A stretch of DNA of 64,000 nt from Galbitalea sp. (GCA_036271875.1 DATAZU010000025.1:113486-177485), one strand, 5' to 3'; positions 1-10,143 are shown, counted from the first letter of the stretch. The notes: a model not told the origin generated them from the letters alone. Translations and numbers: made by a program.

Positions 1-162
1 TGGAAGGCCGCAGAGGTCGCTGGAGTCGCCGGCAATGCGACGACTCCGTACCTGCTCGATTACATTCAGCGGGCGACGAGTGGGCAGAGCCTTGCGGTCA
101 ACATCGCCGTGTACCGCGGGAACGTGACGCTGGGCGGCGAGATCGCGCTCGCGCTCGGCTGA
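1..162 (+). CDS. psuG: Pseudouridine-5'-phosphate glycosidase, C-terminal part (runs off window)
   Basis: Frame 1 reads WKAAEVAGVAGNATTPYLLDYIQRATSGQSLAVNIAVYRGNVTLGGEIALALG*, resembling the PsuG C-terminus (GxxxTPxLL...GxSLxxNIA...N); TGA at 160-162. Not in the ORF track. Confidence 0.8.
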   Translation, partial: WKAAEVAGVAGNATTPYLLDYIQRATSGQSLAVNIAVYRGNVTLGGEIALALG

Positions 163-213
163 GCCATCGCGCCGCTCAGGATGCTCGTTTTCGGCGACTG
201 TTAGCATCAATCG

Positions 214-1131
214 ATGAGCGAGGTCTCGCCGGTGAACCTCACCCTCCGGCTGTTGCGCGCATTCGTCGTCGTGAGTCACGAGGGTCATGTTGGGCGCGCA
301 GCAGCGCGGCTCTACGTGTCACAGCCCGCGCTGTCGCAGGATATTCGCAGACTCGAGCGCGAGATCGGGGTCATCCTGTTCGAACGCGGCTCGAAGGGAC
401 TCTCGTTGACGCCCGCGGGCGAAGAACTGCTTCGAAGCGTCGAATCCGCTCTGTCGACACTTGATCACGGGATTAGCTCGGCGCAGGCAATCGCCGCGGG
501 TGATCGAACCGTGGTGCGACTGGCGTACAGCCCGAGCATGGGCAACCAGCTCATGCCAGCGTTACTGCCTGCTCTCGAACGAGAGAAGCTCTCTCTCATC
601 GTTGAGGAGAGCGAGGTCGACACGGGAGACGTTGGACCCGGCGTGATCTCCGGGCGCTATGACGTCGGATTCGCCCACTCGCCATCCCCGGACCAGGGGC
701 TTCTACTCAGCCAACTCGCGGATGAGCGCCTGTGCGTCGCGGTCGCGGCGAGCCACCGTCTCGCATCCGCGACATCGGTTCGACTGGCCGACCTTGCGGG
801 GTCGGCCCTGCTCATCTGGCCACGAGACAGTGCGCCGGAGTACTACGACCTCATCCTCGACATCTGTGCGCGTGCCGGTCTCGAGTTGCCCGAGGTGAAG
901 CAATTTCGCCACATCACGCCGCGATCGTACCTACTCGATGACAATCAGACCTTCAGCCTGCTACCGAAGTCGACAGCGACGATCCAGCGTCCCGAGGTGC
1001 GCTTCGTCGACCTCGACGACGAGGACGCCCGAGTGCCCCTGATGTTCGTCCGCCGCTCCGACGACGACCGCGGCGAACTGAGCGTGATTGAGAACATTGC
1101 GAGGCAGGTCAGTCGACGCCTGATGGCCTGA
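214..1131 (+). CDS. LysR family transcriptional regulator
   Basis: N-terminal HTH (AAARLYVSQPALSQDIRRLERE.G..LFER) plus substrate-binding domain, 305 aa. Confidence 0.95.
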   Translation: MSEVSPVNLTLRLLRAFVVVSHEGHVGRAAARLYVSQPALSQDIRRLEREIGVILFERGSKGLSLTPAGEELLRSVESALSTLDHGISSAQAIAAGDRTVVRLAYSPSMGNQLMPALLPALEREKLSLIVEESEVDTGDVGPGVISGRYDVGFAHSPSPDQGLLLSQLADERLCVAVAASHRLASATSVRLADLAGSALLIWPRDSAPEYYDLILDICARAGLELPEVKQFRHITPRSYLLDDNQTFSLLPKSTATIQRPEVRFVDLDDEDARVPLMFVRRSDDDRGELSVIENIARQVSRRLMA

Positions 1132-1134
1132 AAC

Positions 1135-1956
1135 CTACTTCACGGCGCCCTGCAGGAGCCCGCTGAAGAACGAGCGCTGCGTCAGAACGTAGATCAGTAC
1201 GGCCGGACCGGCGACGATGATCGATGCCGCGGCGAGCGACGGCACGTCGGTCAGATGCTGGCCCTGAAAGCTGGCGAGCCCCAGTGACACGGTTTGGATT
1301 CCCCCGCCTCCCCCCATCACGAGAGGGACAAGATATTCATTCCACGACGAGAGGAAGGTCAGCATGACCAGGGTGGTGACCGCCGGTCGCCCGAGTGGAA
1401 GCAGTATCTGCAGGAGGATCCGCAACGACGAAGCGCCGTCGATACGCGCCGCCTCGATGAGCGAGGTGGGAAGGGACGCGAAGAATGCCTGCATCCAAAA
1501 GACCCCGAAGGCCAGGTAGAGGCCGGACTCCGGAAGAATTAGCCCCCAAAAGGTCCCGAGCAGATTGAAACTCTGGAATTCCAGGTAGATCGGCACAACC
1601 AACACGACGTACGGGACGACGATGCCAGCAAGAAAGACGTAAAACAGTACGCGAGACCCGCGGAATCGCATTGTGCCGAACGCATATCCAGCGCTGATCG
1701 AACCAGCAGTCACAATCACCACGACGACGATCGTCACCAGCCCGCCAGAGGTAAAGGCGGAAGCAAAGTTGCCCGCGTTCCAGGCGCTGGCAAAGGCGCT
1801 GAGCGTGAAGTGCCGGGGAAACTCGACGCCGGCGATTGGGGTGCCGGGTGCATTGAATGCCGTGATGCCGACAACGAGCAACGGAACGATGGTCAGCGCA
1901 GAAACGACCGCGAGAAAGACATAGCGAATGGCGGCGTGCGCGGGAGACATTCTCAT
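1135..1956 (-). CDS. Carbohydrate ABC transporter permease
   Basis: EAA loop (LIEAARIDGAS), FLSSWNEY, multiple TM helices. Confidence 0.93.
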   Translation of the reverse strand: MRMSPAHAAIRYVFLAVVSALTIVPLLVVGITAFNAPGTPIAGVEFPRHFTLSAFASAWNAGNFASAFTSGGLVTIVVVVIVTAGSISAGYAFGTMRFRGSRVLFYVFLAGIVVPYVVLVVPIYLEFQSFNLLGTFWGLILPESGLYLAFGVFWMQAFFASLPTSLIEAARIDGASSLRILLQILLPLGRPAVTTLVMLTFLSSWNEYLVPLVMGGGGGIQTVSLGLASFQGQHLTDVPSLAAASIIVAGPAVLIYVLTQRSFFSGLLQGAVK

Positions 1957-2888
1957 GAGTCGCTCGACAAACGTGAGATGGCCGCGGAAATGGCGAGCAC
2001 GATGATGCCAAGAATCACAGCCAGCGCGGACGCCGCTCCCAGCTCCTCCAGTACGAATGCGCGAGTGTAGATGAGGGTAGACGCGACCTGGGTCTGGTTG
2101 CCAGGGCCACCCTGCGTTGTAACCCAGATGAGCGCGAAGTTATTGAGCGAAACGGCGAAGGTCAGGATGGCCGCCACGACAATGACACGACGCAGGCCGG
2201 GCACTGTGACGGTGAAGAATTCGCGAATGGCGCCGGCACCATCTATCGCGGCCGCGTCATAGAGTTCGGTATCGATGTGCTGCGCGCCGGACAGGAAGAG
2301 CACCATGCACAGGCCGGACATCAACCACGTTCCGATGGCGCCCTCTGAGGGAAGCGCCCAGGTGAAGTCTCCAAGCCAGACTCGCGTGAGGTCACCGAGA
2401 CCGATGAGTCGCAGCAGTTCGTTGAGCGGACCATCCGACTGCAGTAACCACTGCCAGGCAACTCCGACGACGACGACCGACAGCACCTGCGGCAGGAACA
2501 GAAACACTCGCCACATACCCATGAGTCGAAGCGGGTGGCGGGCAATGATCCCCGTGAGTACGAGGCCGATGCAGATCGGGATGGCGGAGTAGAAAGCAAC
2601 GAGCACGATCGAGTGGAACGCTGCGGACGCGACTGTCGGGTCGGTAAGCGCGTCGATGTAGTTGCCGAGGCCGACGAACTTGGCCTGGCTGACGCCGTCC
2701 CAGTTCCACAGCGAGATCCAAACTCCATAGCCGATGGGAACAAGGATGACGAGCGTGAACAGGGCCAGTGGTGGAAGAACGTAGAGGAGGCCCTCGGGCT
2801 GCCGCATTCCCCGCGGACGCCGCGACCGGCGAGAGGCGGCTGTCCCACCATGCTCGCCGGCCGAGACCACCGAAGTGTTTGCCGTCAC
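1953..2888 (-). CDS. Carbohydrate ABC transporter permease
   Basis: FVGLGNY, ELYDAAAIDGAG, TTQGGPG; ATGA overlap with the next gene. Confidence 0.93.
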   Translation of the reverse strand: MTANTSVVSAGEHGGTAASRRSRRPRGMRQPEGLLYVLPPLALFTLVILVPIGYGVWISLWNWDGVSQAKFVGLGNYIDALTDPTVASAAFHSIVLVAFYSAIPICIGLVLTGIIARHPLRLMGMWRVFLFLPQVLSVVVVGVAWQWLLQSDGPLNELLRLIGLGDLTRVWLGDFTWALPSEGAIGTWLMSGLCMVLFLSGAQHIDTELYDAAAIDGAGAIREFFTVTVPGLRRVIVVAAILTFAVSLNNFALIWVTTQGGPGNQTQVASTLIYTRAFVLEELGAASALAVILGIIVLAISAAISRLSSDS

Positions 2889-2893
2889 AGTTC

Positions 2894-4288
2894 TTACGAT
2901 TTTCTCTGCTTCTGGAAGTCAATCCAGCTGCTTTGAATTGTCCCCGTAAATGACTGGGGAGTTGTCTTCCCTGAAGCCATTGACTGCAACGCCGCCGGGA
3001 GCGCTGTCCCGAAGGTTGGCGATGCCCAGTCGAGGAACGGCGTCGTCCCCGGGCCGGATGCCGAGTTGATCTTCGTGATGTCGTCAAGCACCGTCTGGGA
3101 GGTTGGGCCGGTCGCCTGTGTGCCGCTCGACACCAGTGCACCGGGAACGCCCCATCCCTGCGTGAACAGGTAGTCGGTGTTCTCCGCGCTGACGAAGTAG
3201 TTCAGGAACGCTGCATCCACCGCCTGGTGCTTCGACTTGGCGCTGATGACGAGGGGAGTCGACCGCCCGCCGCCCACCGGCGACTGGGGCGACACCGACG
3301 GAAGCTGGAAGACCCCGCCGTTCGCACCAAAGGTGGTATCCGCGCTGCCCGAGTTCCAGCTTCCTTCGATGTAGTACATCGACTTCCCTGCGAAGAAGGC
3401 GGATGCGGCATCCGAATCCGATTCACCGGACGCGCCAGGCTCGAAGTATCCGGCCGTCTGCCAATCCTGAATGGTCTTGGCGGCCTTCACGTTGGCCGGA
3501 GCCGAGAAGGAGCCTGACGCACCATAGATCCAGTTGTTGACCGATGCAGCGCTGGTTGAGAACGAGTCCCACAGCGCCATCTCGGTGTGGATGTATGTGC
3601 TGGATTCCTCGATGCCGACAATGCCCTTCGACTTGGCCGCTGCGAGCGAACTTTCGAACTGGTCGAAAGTAGTCGGGATGCTCGTCACACCGGCTTTGTC
3701 CATGAGCTTCTTGTTGTAAAAGACACCGATCATGCTGGTCTGTTCGGGAAGCCCGTAGAGAGCACCGCTTCCCCACAGGTCGCCTTTACTCTTGTCGACT
3801 TTGAAGACGTCGAGCTTGGCCGATCCGCCGAATCGCGCATCCCAGTTGTATGCCTTCGCGTATGCGTCCAGCGGTAGAAGGTCGCCCGCCTTCACAAAGT
3901 TGTAAAAGCCCTGGCCGTATCCTGCCGTCTCGAGCATGAGCACGTCCGGCGGATCGTTGGATGCGACCTTCAGGTTGATTGAGTTCGCGTAGCTGTTGTA
4001 GTCCGTCGTGAGTCGCTTGATGGTGACGTTCGGGTATTTCTTCTCAAAGCGCTTGATCACGTTGGCGAAGGTTGCGCCGGTGCCGGTAGTACCCCACCCG
4101 TCGTCCACGGTGATGGTTACTGGTTTGCTGGTGTCGAACTTGGTCGTGACGGGCTGGCTCCCCGATGAACCCCCGGAACTTCCCGAGCCGGGCGCGCAGG
4201 CTGCTAGCGCAATCGCAACAGCCAGGCCGGTTGCGGATGCGAGCGCCGCCCGTTTGAAATTGCTGTGTCTTCCTGTTCGAGTAAGCAT
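2894..4288 (-). CDS. Sugar ABC transporter substrate-binding lipoprotein
   Basis: Lipobox LAAC, FEKKYPNVTI, FYNKKL.DKAGV; GGAG SD upstream. Confidence 0.92.
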   Translation of the reverse strand: MLTRTGRHSNFKRAALASATGLAVAIALAACAPGSGSSGGSSGSQPVTTKFDTSKPVTITVDDGWGTTGTGATFANVIKRFEKKYPNVTIKRLTTDYNSYANSINLKVASNDPPDVLMLETAGYGQGFYNFVKAGDLLPLDAYAKAYNWDARFGGSAKLDVFKVDKSKGDLWGSGALYGLPEQTSMIGVFYNKKLMDKAGVTSIPTTFDQFESSLAAAKSKGIVGIEESSTYIHTEMALWDSFSTSAASVNNWIYGASGSFSAPANVKAAKTIQDWQTAGYFEPGASGESDSDAASAFFAGKSMYYIEGSWNSGSADTTFGANGGVFQLPSVSPQSPVGGGRSTPLVISAKSKHQAVDAAFLNYFVSAENTDYLFTQGWGVPGALVSSGTQATGPTSQTVLDDITKINSASGPGTTPFLDWASPTFGTALPAALQSMASGKTTPQSFTGTIQSSWIDFQKQRKS

Positions 4289-4399
4289 TGGGGCTCCATC
4301 GTCTTATGTGGTGCTGGACTGTCCTCATGGTTTCATCCGGGTGATGAGCAGTCCAAGACGAAGTGCGGCAACGCCATAACTGGAGAGTTATCGTTCGCG

Positions 4400-4690
4400 C
4401 TAAACCGATTTGAATTCGATCTCGATGAAAACGACGGGCTTATCGGACGCGCTCGACACATTATGCGTCGTGCCGATAACACCGGTGTAGCTCACCCCGG
4501 GTTCCTGATGCAGGTTGCGGATGCTGCCGTCAGCTGCGGTGACGACGAGGTCGCCGCCCGAAATCGGAACAACGAGGTAGTCGAAGTCGTGCACGTGAAT
4601 GCCGGTTTCGTCGCCCTTTGCCGCAAACGTGAGCCGGTTCACCTTGACGCGGTCGTCCTCGAAATCGAGTTCGGATGTTCGAAGTGCCAT
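4400..4690 (-). CDS. Small cupin (BauB-like)
   Basis: ETGIHVHDFDYLVVP...GTTHNV...FIEIEFK cupin motifs; start moved to ATG 4690. Confidence 0.8.
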   Translation of the reverse strand: MALRTSELDFEDDRVKVNRLTFAAKGDETGIHVHDFDYLVVPISGGDLVVTAADGSIRNLHQEPGVSYTGVIGTTHNVSSASDKPVVFIEIEFKSV

Positions 4691-4703
4691 CCGCCCAGTA
4701 TGC

Positions 4704-4832
4704 CTTGACGCGACGCACCTGGCCGGGTTCGAGCATGAGGTACGCCGCATCGACAGGCAGATGGCGCGCATTGCGATCCGGCCAGAATGGGCGCGCCTCT
4801 ACGACTTCGGTGCTGGTCGGCTAGCGCAGGAG
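4704..4832 (+). pseudogene. C-terminal remnant of a pyridoxamine-5'-phosphate-oxidase-like (split-barrel) gene
   Basis: Reads AGFEHEVRRIDRQMARIAIRPEWARLYDFGAGRL, similar to recalled C-termini of actinobacterial PNPOx-like proteins; no 5' part present. Confidence 0.5.
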
Positions 4833-4839
4833 CCGAAGG

Positions 4840-5550
4840 TCAGAACAGGGACATCAGCGCATCCACGTCGGTGAACGCCGTCGGTGCATCATGGGCGACG
4901 ATCGCTCCATTCTTCAGGACGTACACGTCGTCGACGGTCTTCATAACGTATGGAATGTTCTGCTCGACCAACAGCACCGACGTCGACTCCTCGCGCGTGA
5001 CGCGCTCGACGAGGTTCATGATCTGGTCGACGATAACCGGAGCGAGACCAGTAGATGGCTCGTCCAGAAGGATGACGTGGGGTTGAAGCAGGAGTGCCCG
5101 ACTGATCGCGACAAGGCTCTGTTGGCCACCCGAGAGTTCCCCGGTTCGCCGTTCGAGAAATTGCGCCAACATGGGCACGTACTCGATAACTGTCGCTAAC
5201 CGCTGGCGTCCCTCCTCGGAGTTCAGCCGAACTCCTGCGCCGGCGTTCAAACCGAGTTCGAGATTCTCGAAGACCGACAGATAGCCGAAGATCCCGCGAC
5301 CCTGCGGCACAAACGCCAGCCCCGCAGGTACGCGGTTGCGTCGGGCGCTGACCTTATCTCGATCGTATTCAATGGACCCGGCACGAGGGTTTATGAGTCC
5401 CGCCAACGTGCGAAGCAGTGTCGATTTTCCTGCGCCATTGTGTCCGATCAGCCCGGTAATGACACCGGGGCGCAACTCAAGATCAACGGAACGCAGCACG
5501 GGAAGGCTACCGATTCGTACGTCTACTGAGCGAAGCGCTGCAATGCTCAT
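4840..5550 (-). CDS. Branched-chain amino acid-type ABC ATP-binding protein (LivF-like)
   Basis: GHNGAGKST, LSGGQQ, LLDEPSTGLAP, LLVEQN. Confidence 0.92.
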   Translation of the reverse strand: MSIAALRSVDVRIGSLPVLRSVDLELRPGVITGLIGHNGAGKSTLLRTLAGLINPRAGSIEYDRDKVSARRNRVPAGLAFVPQGRGIFGYLSVFENLELGLNAGAGVRLNSEEGRQRLATVIEYVPMLAQFLERRTGELSGGQQSLVAISRALLLQPHVILLDEPSTGLAPVIVDQIMNLVERVTREESTSVLLVEQNIPYVMKTVDDVYVLKNGAIVAHDAPTAFTDVDALMSLF

Positions 5551-6317
5551 GCGAATTGCCCCCCTAGGTAGGTTTCCTGCATCCTCGGGTCCTTGAGCAC
5601 ATCCTCGGGCTTGCCCGTGATCAGTAGCTCGCCCATGTGAAGGAACGCGATTTCGTCTGCCAGAGCACGCACCAGATCCAGGTTGTGTTCAACGATGACA
5701 ACGGTCTTCCCGTCGGTGCGCAGCTGTTCGATCAGGCGGATGAAGTGCGCCGCAGAATTCGCGTCGAGCCCGGACGACGGCTCGTCCAGAAGAAACACGT
5801 CGGGATCGAAGGCCAGCATGCGACCGAGCGAAACGAATTTTTGCTCGGCGTATGACATCCTGCTTGCCGGCAAGAGTCCCCCGGCCGGAAGGCCGAGGAG
5901 CTCGAGTATCTCGGGCACTGACCGCCTGGTCGCGCTCGATGTCCGCTTGTCTTTTCGATGCTCTGATGACTCGCGAGCTACCTCTATGTTCTCCCGTGCC
6001 GTCAATCGCGAGAACACGCGTACCTCTTGAAATGACCTTACGAGGCCGCGAGCCGCCACTCGCCGCAGCGGCATCCCCTGGATCTCCAGGCTGCCAAGTC
6101 GAATCGTTCCCGTATCCGGAGCCAGCGCGCCCGAAATGACATTGAACAGCGTTGTCTTGCCTGCACCGTTCGGACCGATGAGTGCGGTCACGTGTGACTC
6201 TTTGGCCGTGAGACTCACATTGCGAAGTGCCTGAAGACCGCCGAACGATTTGCTCACCGACTCGATGACGACATCTCCGCCAGCGGGGTCGCCCAGCGTT
6301 GTCGTGCCATCGGTCAT
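5547..6317 (-). CDS. Branched-chain amino acid-type ABC ATP-binding protein (LivG-like)
   Basis: KSFGGLQAL, GPNGAGKTT, LLDEPSSG, VEHN, ETYLG; start moved to ATG 6317 (ATGA overlap). Confidence 0.92.
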   Translation of the reverse strand: MTDGTTTLGDPAGGDVVIESVSKSFGGLQALRNVSLTAKESHVTALIGPNGAGKTTLFNVISGALAPDTGTIRLGSLEIQGMPLRRVAARGLVRSFQEVRVFSRLTARENIEVARESSEHRKDKRTSSATRRSVPEILELLGLPAGGLLPASRMSYAEQKFVSLGRMLAFDPDVFLLDEPSSGLDANSAAHFIRLIEQLRTDGKTVVIVEHNLDLVRALADEIAFLHMGELLITGKPEDVLKDPRMQETYLGGQFA

Positions 6318-7225
6318 TTGAGCTGCTCCTGTCGACCGGGGTTCTTCCGGCCAAACCTCGATGTATCCGAAATCAATCCTTCGGGGCGGAAGATGACCAT
6401 CGCGACGAGAAGCACGCCGTAGATGATCTGACCGAGCGACGCCTGATCCGCCGGAGGGACAAAGTTCAGGAACGTGAGGGCCGGCGGCAAGGCACTGATG
6501 ATGACTGCGCCAACCACCGGGCCCCACACCGTACCCGCGCCGCCGAGGATCACCATGGTGAAGACGAGAACGGACTGCTGGAAATCGAAGCTGTCTGGAT
6601 TGATGAATCCGACGTAGTAGGCATATACGCAGCCCGCCAGCCCCGCAAGCGCACCCCCGATAATAAGGGAAAGCGAGCGGGCCGACAACGGACTGACGGC
6701 GAGTGACTCGGCGGCGCGTTCATCGTCTCGCACCGCACGCATTCGCCGTCCGACCGGGCTCGATCGCAGCAAAGCGACGGTGCCGACCGAAATGATCGCA
6801 GCGATGGCAGCGAAGATGAGGAAATCGTTGGGGGTCGAAAGTGTCGCACCGAAGACGGTCGGCGCCGGAAAGCCGGTCAGGCCGTTTGTACCGCCGACGA
6901 ATGCCGAGTTCACGAACACGGTGCTCGCCACGTATTGCAAACCAAGCGAGGCGACCATGAAATATTCGTATCTCGCTCTCACCGCGGGAATGATAAAGAT
7001 CGCTCCTGCGGCCGCAGCCAGGATGATCGCCGCAATCGCGGTAACGAATAACGAGCTGCTGACATGGCCGGCCACGAGCGCAGTCGTGTAGGCACCAACG
7101 CCGTATAGCGCGCCCATTCCGGCGACGTACATCCCTCCGAGCCCCATTGGGATATTCAGCGCGCTTGCGAGGGTGATCGCGATCAGCGCGAAGATCAGGA
7201 TGTTTTCCCAGTAAGCGAGAGCCAT
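6314..7225 (-). CDS. Branched-chain amino acid-type ABC permease (LivM-like)
   Basis: GGTNGL, SPVGRRMRAVRDDE, MVILGGAGTVWGP, FRPEGL; start ATG 7225 with AAAGGAG SD. Confidence 0.92.
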   Translation of the reverse strand: MALAYWENILIFALIAITLASALNIPMGLGGMYVAGMGALYGVGAYTTALVAGHVSSSLFVTAIAAIILAAAAGAIFIIPAVRARYEYFMVASLGLQYVASTVFVNSAFVGGTNGLTGFPAPTVFGATLSTPNDFLIFAAIAAIISVGTVALLRSSPVGRRMRAVRDDERAAESLAVSPLSARSLSLIIGGALAGLAGCVYAYYVGFINPDSFDFQQSVLVFTMVILGGAGTVWGPVVGAVIISALPPALTFLNFVPPADQASLGQIIYGVLLVAMVIFRPEGLISDTSRFGRKNPGRQEQLK

Positions 7226-7226
7226 T

Positions 7227-8126
7227 TCAGGAACTCCTTTCGGCGAGGACACTTTGGCCGGCATTTCTGCTGAACAGGCCACCCGGGCGGGTTAGGAGAA
7301 CGATGACCATGATTCCCAGCCCCACCGCCTGCGACCAGCTGGCCGGGAGCCACTGGACACTCACGCTCTCGATAATTCCGAGCACGACCGCGCTCACAAA
7401 TGTTCCAACCGGGCTGGTGACCCCACCGATGATCGTTGCGGTGAACGCGAACGTGCCCACCGTCAGTGCAGCCGATCCGTCAACGCCGTTGAGCGACGGA
7501 ATGATGATCGCCGCGGGCACTAGTAGCGCGGACCCGACCGCCATCGTCACAATGTCGTGCGCGGTTGTACGCACGGAATACACGGCCGCGAGATCCCGGT
7601 CATCACTGATTGCTCGGATCGTGCGTCCGCTCAGGGTGCGACTGAGCCAGAGTTGTAGACCGACGATGATGAGAACGCCGAGAACAACTCCGACGATGTC
7701 CCCGACCGGAATTTGCAAACCCCCAAGAGAAAGACGCTGGGTGGTAAGTACCCCGGAAGGGAACGAGAGGAATCCGCCGCCGTTCACAATGGACAGGACG
7801 TTCGTGATGACCGTCAGCACGCCGAGCGACGCGACGAATCCGACGAGAAAGGACAGCCGTCCCCTAATGAGTGGCCGGTAGGCGATGAGATAGATGAGTA
7901 TCCCACCGCCCACCGAAACAACGAGACAGGCGAGGATGGCAAGAGGTACTCCGAAGTGCCAGGTGGTCACCGCGTAGTAGTACGTCTCCGCCGTGAGAAG
8001 GAACACCGCGCCGTGAGCAACGTGGAAGATCCGCGTTACCCGGAGGATCAAGCCGAACCCCACTGCGGGCAGCCCAAGTAGCGCACCAGTTCCGGCTCCG
8101 AGGATCGCTAGTTGAAGCAGTATCAC
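7227..8126 (-). CDS. Branched-chain amino acid-type ABC permease (LivH-like)
   Basis: GFGLI...FHVAHG, GRTIRAISDD, IIGG, RPGGLF. Confidence 0.92.
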   Translation of the reverse strand: MILLQLAILGAGTGALLGLPAVGFGLILRVTRIFHVAHGAVFLLTAETYYYAVTTWHFGVPLAILACLVVSVGGGILIYLIAYRPLIRGRLSFLVGFVASLGVLTVITNVLSIVNGGGFLSFPSGVLTTQRLSLGGLQIPVGDIVGVVLGVLIIVGLQLWLSRTLSGRTIRAISDDRDLAAVYSVRTTAHDIVTMAVGSALLVPAAIIIPSLNGVDGSAALTVGTFAFTATIIGGVTSPVGTFVSAVVLGIIESVSVQWLPASWSQAVGLGIMVIVLLTRPGGLFSRNAGQSVLAERSS

Positions 8127-8188
8127 CGTCGGCCGACCGTTCTAAGATGCGTTGTCATTCTCGCTGTTTGCCTTCTCGCTGCTTCCGG

Positions 8189-9403
8189 CTACAGGCCGGA
8201 GTTGCTAATCGTCTTCCGCACCGTGGCAGAAGTTATCGACTGCACCGACACCGGTGCCTTGTTTTCAATCTTGATGATGCTCATCGCGGGCGCCAGAATC
8301 GCGTCCGGGAAGATGAACGTGGCGTTCCCGCCGATCAGATCGAACTTCTTGTCGGAGTTCACGTAGTTCAGGATCGCCGCGCTGGTGACCTTCGTCCCTG
8401 ACTTCTGGAGAGCGGCGATTGCTTCCGCGATCAGGATTACCGCGTTGGCGCCGGGCAGGGAAGCCGCAGCGGGATCTGCCGAGTGCGTCTTGCGATACGA
8501 GGCCAAGTATCCCTTCGTAACCTTGTCGGTCGCGCTCAGATCCACGTTCGGCTGCGCGTAGTAAGAACCCTGAGCCGCATCGAGCGCAATGGTCGTCGGG
8601 TCGTTGAAACCGTCGTAGCTCAGCGCGGGCGCGGTAACTCCGGCCTGGCGAAGGTTCGTCAGGAAGGCGTTGCTCTGAGAAGCGCCCAGCATTCCGACGA
8701 AGACCGCGTCCGGCTTGGCAGCGGCGATCTTTGCCACCTGCGAGCTGAAATCAGTGGTGTCAAGCGCCGATACGTTGAGCGAGGCGACGACCTTGTAGTG
8801 AAGCTTCGATGCCAAAGAGTTGACTGCTTTTGCCGCCGACTGGCCCAGTGTCTCGTCGGTGTACATCACCGCAACTTTCTTCACCTTCAGTTTCTTGACC
8901 GCGTAGTTCATCATCAGGGGCAACTCACCGGTGAGGAGCGGGCCAAGACTGACGACACTCTTACTGACGCCGGCCATATCCGGGCTCGACCCGTTCGTAT
9001 TAACGGTCAGGATCTTGTTGCTGAGTGTGTACGGCGCAACCGCCTGGACGGCGTTGCTGCATAGCACTCCGAGGGCAACAGCATTGTTGACCTCGACGAG
9101 CTGGTGAACTGCGGTGACGGCCGGCTGTGGAAGGCACTGGTCATCGCCGTACGCCATCTTCAGCTTGCCCTTGATGATGCCGGCACTGTTTACGTACTTG
9201 ACTGCGGAGTCGTAACCATCACTCAGAAGCTTTCCGAACGAAATGTTCGGACCCGACAGGGGCAGCGCCGCCCCGATCGTGAACGTCTGATTGCTGCTAC
9301 CACTGGTCGTGGTTGTGCTGGTCTGACCCGAGCAGGCGACGAGCGACGCTCCGGCAACGAGCGTGATCGTTAGGGCTGCTATGACCTTCATTTTCGATCG
9401 CAT
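8189..9403 (-). CDS. Liv-type ABC transporter substrate-binding lipoprotein
   Basis: Lipobox LVAC, IGAALPLSG, DDQCLP, TDFSSQVAKIAAAKPD; AAGGAG SD. Confidence 0.9.
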   Translation of the reverse strand: MRSKMKVIAALTITLVAGASLVACSGQTSTTTTSGSSNQTFTIGAALPLSGPNISFGKLLSDGYDSAVKYVNSAGIIKGKLKMAYGDDQCLPQPAVTAVHQLVEVNNAVALGVLCSNAVQAVAPYTLSNKILTVNTNGSSPDMAGVSKSVVSLGPLLTGELPLMMNYAVKKLKVKKVAVMYTDETLGQSAAKAVNSLASKLHYKVVASLNVSALDTTDFSSQVAKIAAAKPDAVFVGMLGASQSNAFLTNLRQAGVTAPALSYDGFNDPTTIALDAAQGSYYAQPNVDLSATDKVTKGYLASYRKTHSADPAAASLPGANAVILIAEAIAALQKSGTKVTSAAILNYVNSDKKFDLIGGNATFIFPDAILAPAMSIIKIENKAPVSVQSITSATVRKTISNSGL

Positions 9404-9465
9404 GACATATCTCCTTTTAGTGTTCGTCGTGATTGTGAACTTCGGTGCGCGAAACGCGGGCGCGA

Positions 9466-10143
9466 TCAGTCGTGACTGCTAATCGATCGGGCCACGATCC
9501 TCGCGGGGGCTCCGTCTCCTCCGGGTAAGCGAAGAGGGAACGCAAAGATCTCGTAGCGCCCAGGAGGGACACTTTCGAGATTGAGATTCTCTGCGACAAG
9601 CACGCCGGCACCGAGGAGGCGGTGGTGAGCCTCCATGGTGTACTCCGGCGTCCGGCGCGACCCCGGCATTTCGGGTGTCGAGGTGTCGGTACCCACCATC
9701 CTCAGTCCCGACTCGACACACCAGGAGATCAGCTCGCTCGAGAGCCAGGGCGCATCGACGTAGTGTTCGCGATCCTTCGACTCGAAGTAGCGCCCCCAGC
9801 CGGTACGAATCAGAAGCATCTCGCCGGGGCCGGGAACGCTGCCCGCGCCAAGCACATCGTCAATTTGGATGGCTTCACCGGCCACGCGGTTAACATGCGC
9901 GACGACGCCGTTTCCGGTAAATGACTCAAGGGCCAGGTCCTCAAGCCTGGTGCCGTCCTCGAGATGGTGCCACGGCGCATCGACGTGGGTGCCGACATGG
10001 CTGGCGAAGGCGAGTTTGCTGTAGGCGATGCGACCGTCACCGCCGGGCATCGAGAACTGATCGGGCTCGAAGTGCGGACTCGGGAGGCGGCCGCCGACCG
10101 GCATGTCATTGTCGTACGCCTGCGACAGATCGAACCAGCTCAC
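9466..10143 (-). CDS. Cyclase family metal-dependent hydrolase (kynurenine formamidase-like)
   Basis: HVGTHVDAPWH (HxGTHxDxPxH), LIRTGW, AHHRLL...ENL, GDGAPAR; GAGGAGG SD before GTG 10143. Confidence 0.92.
   Translation of the reverse strand: MSWFDLSQAYDNDMPVGGRLPSPHFEPDQFSMPGGDGRIAYSKLAFASHVGTHVDAPWHHLEDGTRLEDLALESFTGNGVVAHVNRVAGEAIQIDDVLGAGSVPGPGEMLLIRTGWGRYFESKDREHYVDAPWLSSELISWCVESGLRMVGTDTSTPEMPGSRRTPEYTMEAHHRLLGAGVLVAENLNLESVPPGRYEIFAFPLRLPGGDGAPARIVARSISSHD

Noticed and set aside
4376-4391. ATAAC-N6-GTTAT as a LysR box
   Set aside because: Spacing is T-N12-A rather than T-N11-A; kept only as an unassigned dyad.
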